From contig NC_091984.1 in the NCBI RefSeq assembly GCF_044704955.1, positions 241,118,001 through 241,182,000 on the forward strand: 64,000 nt of DNA. Reading direction: 5' to 3'. The stretch comes from Pristiophorus japonicus. Its lineage: Eukaryota. Made by a program: the position numbers and the translations under genes. A model generated the notes under the pieces. That model ran no database searches and was not told the DNA's origin. It was given only the letters and a program-made list of their open reading frames with translations. Numbering within the stretch: position 1 is the stretch's first letter; every line of letters starts with the position of its first letter. Shown piece by piece: positions 58,001-64,000 of this stretch.

Positions 58001-61000
58001 ATCTCATTGAATGGCGGAGCAAGCTCAAGGGGCTGAATGCTCCCAATTCTTCTTATGTTTTTCTCTGTTCCATTGAAAAGCCTAGGTGTTTTGAGCCTTT
58101 CGACATAGCTTTAATCTAATTTTAGTAAATCCTCATCATTCCCTTTCCATAGCTCTAATAAGCTGCCTATAATTGGTGCCCAGAGCTGCATACAATACTC
58201 CAAGTGAGGTCCCGGTGCAGATCACTGGGAATCGCCTCCGCCCAGATCCTCTTCTCTCTCTGGCTCTCTTGTCATAGCTCTATGCAGCAGCACTCCCTCT
58301 CATGTGGCACTTAGTCAAATGCTGATCAGTTGCTGCACTGTAATAAAAATGTGTGAAGCTGCCACCTAAATGTGATGATTTCAAGGTGTGTATCTGTGTC
58401 AAGTCACTCGGAACTCGACAGTGAGAAACTGCATCTATGTCGAAATATTAAAAAATGACTTGCATTTATATCATGCCTTATCAAGTCAGACAGCCCAAAA
58501 TCCTTTACACTTGCATGCAATACACTTTTTGAAGTGCAGTCACTTGTTATATAGGCAAATGCTGCAACCAATTTTCACACAGCAAGATCCCACAACAGCA
58601 TTGCAATGAATGCCCAGTTAATCCGTTCTTGGCAGTGGTTTTGGAAGAAATATTGGCCGTGAAACAGGGAGAACTCGCTGCTCTTTGAATAATGCCATGA
58701 GATCTTTAGCATCTGTTTGAACATATGGAACAGGCAGACATGTTTATTGTGTCAACCTCTGGCAATGCAGTACTCCACCAGTACTGCACTGTAGTGTTCC
58801 AAGACTGGGAGTGGGGTTTGAACCCAAAACCTCCTGACTCTAAGTGCTGCCAAGTCAATGACTTAATCTGATGGTGCTCGTGTAGTGGATTAATGATGGG
58901 TGGGTTTGTAGCAGGCAATGATAGCAGTGACCTCTGAGAGGGACTATCTGTTTACATACATGAATGGGAGAGCTTGTTCAGCAACACTAATTCTAATCTG
59001 ATTAGTATCCGCTGTTTCCTGATCAATGTTTGTCATGCAACTATTTCATTAAGAGTGCATAAATACTGGATTGAATGGGCTTCGTGCAGCTTCTTGGCAT
59101 CCTGTTGACCCAGCGCTGACCTTTAAACCCGCACCCTATCCATCATACAAACTGCTTACTTCCACCTCTGCAGCATTGCCCGCTGCTGCCTCTTCCCCCC
59201 CCCCCCCCCCACCCCCCACCCCAATACCACTGAAACCCTTTATTGCCTCTACAACAACATTTTATCCAGACCTTTTATTGTATAAACAACATCCTAGGAC
59301 TCCATTTTGGCAGTGTCCTTGTAGTCCTCTCATCCTCCACCCTTTGTAAACTTGCTCTGCTCGCCAATCACTTCTATTCTCAGTGACTTACAATGGCTGG
59401 CTGTCCTCCAACTAATTCAATTTGAAATCTTCAAATCTCTCCATGGCCTCCCCCGTCCTAACTCTGCTACCTCCTGCAGCCTTCCATCTCCTGCTGCACT
59501 TTTTGGGCCTCTGGCCTTTTGCATCCCCCCCCCTCCCTTTGCCCCACCATTAGTGGCAGAGTCTTTATCTGCCTTAGTTCTACCCTCTGAAACTCCCTCT
59601 CTCAATCCTTCTGCCTCTTGACTTCCCTCTCCACCTTGAATAACCTTTTCAAACCCATCTTTTTGACCAGTGTTTTGGTCACCCCTGCTAACTCTCCCAC
59701 ATTAGTTCATTGACTATCCCTTTAGGCTTTTTTCCAAACCTCTGTCTCTCTCTCTCTCTCTTTCTCTCTAAAGCTCATCGAGATATCTTTCACTTTAAAG
59801 GCTCTGTATAAGAGCTGACCTTTGAACATGGGGTGAAGTGATTACTATATACATAGTGTTCACTCTTAACTCTTGTACACTGAAATATTACACAGTTGCA
59901 TGTAAGTTTGTGTTGCCTGGCCTAGCAAATGCAAATGGTAAAACTGATTTATGTGATGGGTTAGGTGCTTTATCTTTTATCTAGCAATTCTGATGTTTTT
60001 CAACCAGTTTGTAAGAAAAATAAAAAAATAAATGAGTTTTTTTTACCATGAGTGCTCTGTGATACTGCATATATATATAACTGCTAGTCTGTTAGTATCA
60101 TTGATTTGATCCCATGTTCTGAAATGTGATTATGTTAAGTAAATTTCCCTTTTTTTTTCAGGAATGCACACCCAACATGATACAGATGTTTCAATCCCAC
60201 TGCTTTCCAGGAGTGTTTGGTGGGAATGTATCCCAACCCTTTGACCAGTTATGCTCCGTTCAATCTGTAAACAATGCTCCTGATTGGTTCCCTTTCCTCT
60301 GTGTGCAGTCTTCTCTCGATAATGCGCCGTACTTGGGGCTGTTCTATAATGGCAGTACTGTGTAAGTTTGTAAAACTGGGGACAGAGCATTTATAATTAG
60401 TGAAATGAATGAGTCTACATAATCAGTTGTGCCTTGCCTCTGGTGTTCAACTTCAATGTCTGGATTAATTCCTTTCTCTCTTGTTTAATGCTTTATGCTA
60501 CTGCACAACACTCGAGATTTAACTGTGTTCCCTGCTACCTCAGCTTTCCCTGCCATGTTCTATCTCAATCCTCCTTGTGTTGCATCCTATCTTTGAGTTT
60601 GTGTTGGAATATGTATCTGTACATTACTATGTTAAAAAGGTTCATTAGCCACTCTCTATACCGGTGCGAAGCAACTGTGATATTCTGCAGGTTTCTGATC
60701 TTCACCTCTAACTTCTAACCTCCAGCCTAAACCTGAATACATTCCAATCGGCAGTTACCCAACCAAATGATTAAACTCTGAATTAAACAAAAAAGTAAGA
60801 GATAATGCTGGAACTAGGAAGGGTCTTGCACCCAAAATGTTAATCTGACTGACTGACCTCCTGTATGTTTCCATCAATTATCTTATTATTTCGGTTCATT
60901 TTCCCCCTTTTCATATCATTTAGCTTTACTTTTTTTCTCTTTTGAATTAAATTCTGACGAGCCTCTGTTTACTTAATAGGTAGACTTGTAGCCTAAAGAG

Positions 61001-61336
61001 TCACAGCTCCTTAACCAAATAGTATGTTGTGCATTGCATGGTATAATGGTCCTGACTTCATAGTGTGCAATTCGATTTACTATGAAAAACCCATCTCTAA
61101 ATGGTGACCAGCCCCCCTCCCGAAAAAAAAAATAGCTATTTCAGTCTGCAGCTATCTGTGATACATTTGTATTGCACTGGAATTTCATCTCCCTCTTGAA
61201 ATTTCCTTTCAACAGCAGCGATTCTCAGGACCTTTCCTTTGGGACCGGCATGTCTGCAGCGATAAATGTGCCTGTTGGCTACCGTCAAGGAGACCCAATT
61301 ATTCAAAATGAAGATGAACTTTTCACTATTCCACAG
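24952..61336 (+). CDS. TCTN2: Tectonic-2 (ciliary transition zone), exons 1-7, 3'-partial
   Basis: join(24952-25039,27321-27431,32447-32517,43704-43914,56163-56263,60162-60361,61216-61336), phases compatible; motifs [62 protein letters not shown]; syntenic downstream of GTF2H3. Confidence 0.93.
25083..25140 (+). repeat. (GGA)n and (GAGT)n microsatellites
   Basis: Seen directly. Confidence 0.9.
25175..25825 (+). repeat. G-rich minisatellite (about 20-23 bp, ggggtcggggtgtgtggggtgaa)
   Basis: Direct tandem units in TCTN2 intron 1. Confidence 0.93.
26400..27160 (+). mobile_element. Old L2-like LINE relic
   Basis: Degenerate [12 protein letters not shown] and LQLNI.KTEAIVF motifs, C-rich. Confidence 0.6.
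27321..27431 (+). CDS. TCTN2: TCTN2 exon 2
   Basis: cag|[37 protein letters not shown]|gtatga. Confidence 0.85.
27788..32050. mobile_element. PIF/Harbinger-type DNA transposon, defective
   Basis: Terminal inverted repeats ggcccaaatttcccc (27788-27802) and ggggaaacttgggcc (32036-32050); internal Myb/SANT gene; no transposase seen; TSD not clear. Confidence 0.7.
30330..31575 (-). pseudogene. Harbinger Myb/SANT-like DNA-binding ORF, spliced, with stops
   Basis: [29 protein letters not shown]|gtaagt then ag|[25 protein letters not shown]. Confidence 0.75.
32447..32517 (+). CDS. TCTN2: TCTN2 exon 3
   Basis: tag|[24 protein letters not shown]|gttagt; phase 1 to 0 fits its neighbours. Confidence 0.75.
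33885..35878 (+). mobile_element. CR1-type LINE, 5'-truncated, degenerate
   Basis: [29 protein letters not shown], 3'UTR. Confidence 0.9.
36464..38352 (+). mobile_element. CR1-type LINE, 5'-truncated
   Basis: RT ORF pieces 36562-37329, 37269-37595, 37695-38264 and tail; inserted in an older minus-strand CR1 relic. Confidence 0.92.
38578..38745 (+). mobile_element. HE1-like SINE/bipartite LINE derivative
   Basis: 5' part matches 50025-50130, 3' part matches 52783-52856. Confidence 0.65.
38786..39110 (-). other. EIF2B1: Duplicated EIF2B1 exon-1 segment (coding exon copy at 38955-38967)
   Basis: Colinear similarity to 279-462; ggcgccATGAACGAGGAAG|gtaacc. Confidence 0.8.
39115..40845 (-). mobile_element. 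Older CR1-type LINE
   Basis: [33 protein letters not shown] fragments. Confidence 0.85.
41418..42560 (+). mobile_element. CR1-type LINE, 5'-truncated
   Basis: [24 protein letters not shown], 3'UTR. Confidence 0.88.
43190..43465 (+). repeat. G-rich tandem repeat, about 82-bp unit, 3+ copies
   Basis: gggcactgggtgaagctggg recurs at about 82-bp spacing. Confidence 0.8.
43704..43914 (+). CDS. TCTN2: TCTN2 exon 4
   Basis: cag|[47 protein letters not shown]|gtaagt. Confidence 0.88.
43920..49868 (+). mobile_element. Gypsy/Ty3 LTR retrotransposon, defective
   Basis: LTRs TG..CA at 43920-44121 and 49662-49868; PBS-like TGGTGACGAG after the 5' LTR; G-rich PPT before the 3' LTR; gag with two zinc knuckles; protease LDTGA; RNase H end TDHKPL..ADALSRL; integrase [20 protein letters not shown]; TSD gtaag/ggaag. 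Confidence 0.93.
45295..47868 (-). mobile_element. CR1-type LINE nested in the Gypsy pol region
   Basis: APE endonuclease (VYRPPN, MGDFN, SDHN) and RT on the minus strand; tail at 45295. Confidence 0.92.
49990..52860 (+). mobile_element. HER1-like (CR1-clade) LINE, degenerate, near full ORF2
   Basis: YRPPS, GDFNVHH, NDH endonuclease motifs; [21 protein letters not shown] motifs; tail gggatgggcaataaatg. Family name is from recall. Confidence 0.8.
53640..55040 (-). mobile_element. Old CR1-type LINE relic
   Basis: KFADVTK and other degenerate RT pieces. Confidence 0.7.
56163..56263 (+). CDS. TCTN2: TCTN2 exon 5
   Basis: tag|[34 protein letters not shown]|gtattt. Confidence 0.95.
56486..56635 (+). 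mobile_element. Short RTE-tailed retroelement with 8-bp TSD
   Basis: Tail gagggattgcctatgatgatg matches the RTE 3' end at 12948-12975; flanked by ttacctca at 56478-56485 and 56636-56643. Confidence 0.65.
57540..58060 (+). mobile_element. CR1-type LINE 3' fragment
   Basis: [21 protein letters not shown], 3'UTR. Confidence 0.8.
58455..58855 (-). mobile_element. Diverged SINE
   Basis: Similar to the minus-strand SINE at 18570-18945. Confidence 0.6.
60162..60361 (+). CDS. TCTN2: TCTN2 exon 6
   Basis: cag|[52 protein letters not shown]|gtaagt. Confidence 0.96.
61216..61336 (+). CDS. TCTN2: TCTN2 exon 7
   Basis: cag|[28 protein letters not shown]|gtaaga; CAGCAG tandem acceptor. Confidence 0.9.
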
Positions 61337-62269
61337 GTAAGAATAACAGTGCACCTTCACTGTAACAGCATTTTCAAGGAAGACAAAAGGCATATTTAAC
61401 CCTGGGTAAGATTGTAAGTGAGTTCCATGGCTTTCAATGGAGCAGCAGTCTAACTTATCACTAGTCTAACTGGACAGTGTGTAAATTGAGCTTAACTTCT
61501 AAAATCTAATAATCCTAAGAGAGCTGGAAACACAGAATATGTGTTGGCACAGTGCCTTATCACCTCTTCCGACCATCCCAAAGTGCTTCAGATCCAATGA
61601 AGGATTTTTTGGTGTAGTGGTTATATAGGCAAACACCACATCCCTGATTGTGCACAGCACAAAGGACATTTCAATTTACTGTGAATGGACAAAGGATACT
61701 GGAGGAATGTGGCTAAGTTCATGTGCTGGTTGGTGGAGGTGTTTTCTTTAAAAGGAATCAGGACGATGTACAATTTATTAAAATGGTTTTGTTCAGACCC
61801 AGACTTTTTTTTGTTTTGATAATTGACTTTCTCTTTCCACCCCTGCCCCGTTTAACTTCTCTCCTTTTATCTTTCTGGTCGGGAGTGACCTCCTCCCAGT
61901 GCTGCTCTGAATCTGAGTGAGGGCAGGCCAGTGATTGCCATTGTTCTGAGTTTCTACCTCCTGAAGCCAAAGTGCATCTGGTGCTTCTTCACTGCGGGAC
62001 GTGTAAGATTGAGTCATCAGCGCCGTGCGGTTTGTCAGTGTCAACCCATGTCCCACCAATTCCTTTCACCAGTTTCCTGCCCTTCTCATCCCTCACGATG
62101 GACTCCATGCTGGTGTGCAGTTCTACAGATGTCAGTTCTCCCCTGGTACCCCACCCATTATTAGTGTGCGAGCCTTGTCAGTGAGTGTTGGCACCAAATA
62201 TACAGGAGAGCCAAGGCTGCCAGGGGTGGATGGACGATGGGCACATGATAAACTATTGGGTATCTGTCT

Positions 62270-62535
62270 NNNNNNNNNNNNNNNNNNNNNNNNNNNNNNN
62301 NNNNNNNNNNNNNNNNNNNNNNNNNNNNNNNNNNNNNNNNNNNNNNNNNNNNNNNNNNNNNNNNNNNNNNNNNNNNNNNNNNNNNNNNNNNNNNNNNNNN
62401 NNNNNNNNNNNNNNNNNNNNNNNNNNNNNNNNNNNNNNNNNNNNNNNNNNNNNNNNNNNNNNNNNNNNNNNNNNNNNNNNNNNNNNNNNNNNNNNNNNNN
62501 NNNNNNNNNNNNNNNNNNNNNNNNNNNNNNNNNNN
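62270..62535. other. Assembly gap (266 N)
   Basis: Run of N. Confidence 1.
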
Positions 62536-64000
62536 CTCTCTGCCCCCCCCGCCCTCTCTGCCCCCCCGCCCTCTCTGCCCCCCCGCCCTCTCTGCCCCCC
62601 CGCCCTCTCTGCCCCCCCGCCCTCTCTGCCCCCCCCGCCCTCTCTGCCCCCCCGCCCTCTCTGCCCCCCCGCCCTCTCTGCCCCCCCGCCCTCTCTGCCC
62701 CCCCGCCCTCTCTGCCCCCCCGCCCTCTCTGCCCCCCCGCCCTCTCTGCCCCCCCCGCCCTCTCTGCCCCCCCCGCCCTCTCTGCCCCCCCCGCCCTCTC
62801 TGCCCCCCCCGCCCTCTCTGCCCCCCCCGCCCTCTCTGCCCCCCCCGCCCTCTCTGCCCCCCCCGCCCTCTCTGCCCCCCCGCCCTCTCTGCCCCCCCGC
62901 CCTCTCTGCCCCCCCCGCCCTCTCTGCCCCCCCCGCCCTCTCTGCCCCCCCCGCCCTCTCTGCCCCCCCGCCCTCTCTGCCCCCCCGCCCTCTCTGCCCC
63001 CCCGCCCTCTCTGCCCCCCCGCCCTCTCTGCCCCCCCGCCCTCTCTGCCCCCCCGCCCTCTCTGCCCCCCCGCCCTCTCTGCCCCCCCGCCCTCTCTGCC
63101 CCCCCGCCCTCTCTGCCCCCCCGCCCTCTCTGCCCCCCCGCCCTCTCTGCCCCCCCGCCCTCTCTGCCCCCCCGCCCTCTCTGCCCCCCCGCCCTCTCTG
63201 CCCCCCCGCCCTCTCTGCCCCCCCGCCCTCTCTGCCCCCCCGCCCTCTCTGCCCCCCCGCCCTCTCTGCCCCCCCGCCCTCTCTGCCCCCCCGCCCTCTC
63301 TGCCCCCCCGCCCTCTCTGCCCCCCCGCCCTCTCTGCCCCCCCGCCCTCTCTGCCCCCCCGCCCTCTCTGCCCCCCCCGCCCTCTCTGCCCCCCCCGCCC
63401 TCTCTGCCCCCCCCGCCCTCTCTGCCCCCCCCGCCCTCTCTGCCCCCCCCGCCCTCTCTGCCCCCCCCGCCCTCTCTGCCCCCCCCGCCCTCTCTGCCCC
63501 CCCCGCCCTCTCTGCCCCCCCCGCCCTCTCTGCCCCCCCCGCCCTCTCTGCCCCCCCCGCCCTCTCTGCCCCCCCGCCCTCTCTGCCCCCCCCGCCCTCT
63601 CTGCCCCCCCCGCCCTCTCTGCCCCCCCCGCCCTCTCTGCCCCCCCCGCCCTCTCTGCCCCCCCCGCCCTCTCTGCCCCCCCCGCCCTCTCTGCCCCCCC
63701 CGCCCTCTCTGCCCCCCCCGCCCTCTCTGCCCCCCCCGCCCTCTCTGCCCCCCCCGCCCTCTCTGCCCCCCCCGCCCTCTCTGCCCCCCCCGCCCTCTCT
63801 GCCCCCCCCGCCCTCTCTGCCCCCCCCGCCCTCTCTGCCCCCCCGCCCTCTCTGCCCCCCCCGCCCTCTCTGCCCCCCCCGCCCTCTCTGCCCCCCCCGC
63901 CCTCTCTGCCCCCCCCGCCCTCTCTGCCCCCCCCGCCCTCTCTGCCCCCCCCGCCCTCTCTGCCCCCCCCGCCCTCTCTGCCCCCCCGCCCTCTCTGCCC
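62536..64000 (+). repeat. C-rich 17/18-bp minisatellite (ctctctgccccccc[c]gcc), runs off the window
   Basis: Highly homogeneous tandem units. Confidence 0.97.

Noticed and set aside
61890-62269. Possible TCTN2 exon 8
   Set aside because: No frame resembles the expected GQC..APV.FL continuation and no convincing splice pair

Overview
Vertebrate nuclear DNA, most likely from a cartilaginous fish (shark-type CR1 LINEs, tRNA-derived SINEs, Harbinger and Gypsy elements). It is not prokaryotic, so the long ORFs in the track are mostly repeat or LINE artefacts, and genes had to be assembled from exons by hand. The window holds the conserved EIF2B1(-)/GTF2H3(+)/TCTN2(+) block. EIF2B1 contributes only coding exon 1 (445-457, minus). 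GTF2H3 is complete, with 13 exons (1070-11751, 314 aa) and one U12-type intron. TCTN2 exons 1-7 span 24952-61336, with the rest beyond an N-gap and a C-rich minisatellite. Most notable observations: (1) an unrecognised spliced minus-strand gene of about 141 aa between GTF2H3 and TCTN2; (2) a diverged but intact second copy of EIF2B1 exon 1 inside TCTN2 intron 3; (3) a Gypsy element whose target-site duplication is the TCTN2 exon-4 splice donor and whose LTR brings a CTCF-like motif, TATA box and polyA signal; (4) a Harbinger element carrying exon-like cargo instead of its transposase; (5) 33-bp minisatellites grown out of a SINE beside both CpG-island promoters. Gene identities rest on recalled protein sequences and splice-phase consistency; no database search was run. 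Repeat boundaries are approximate.
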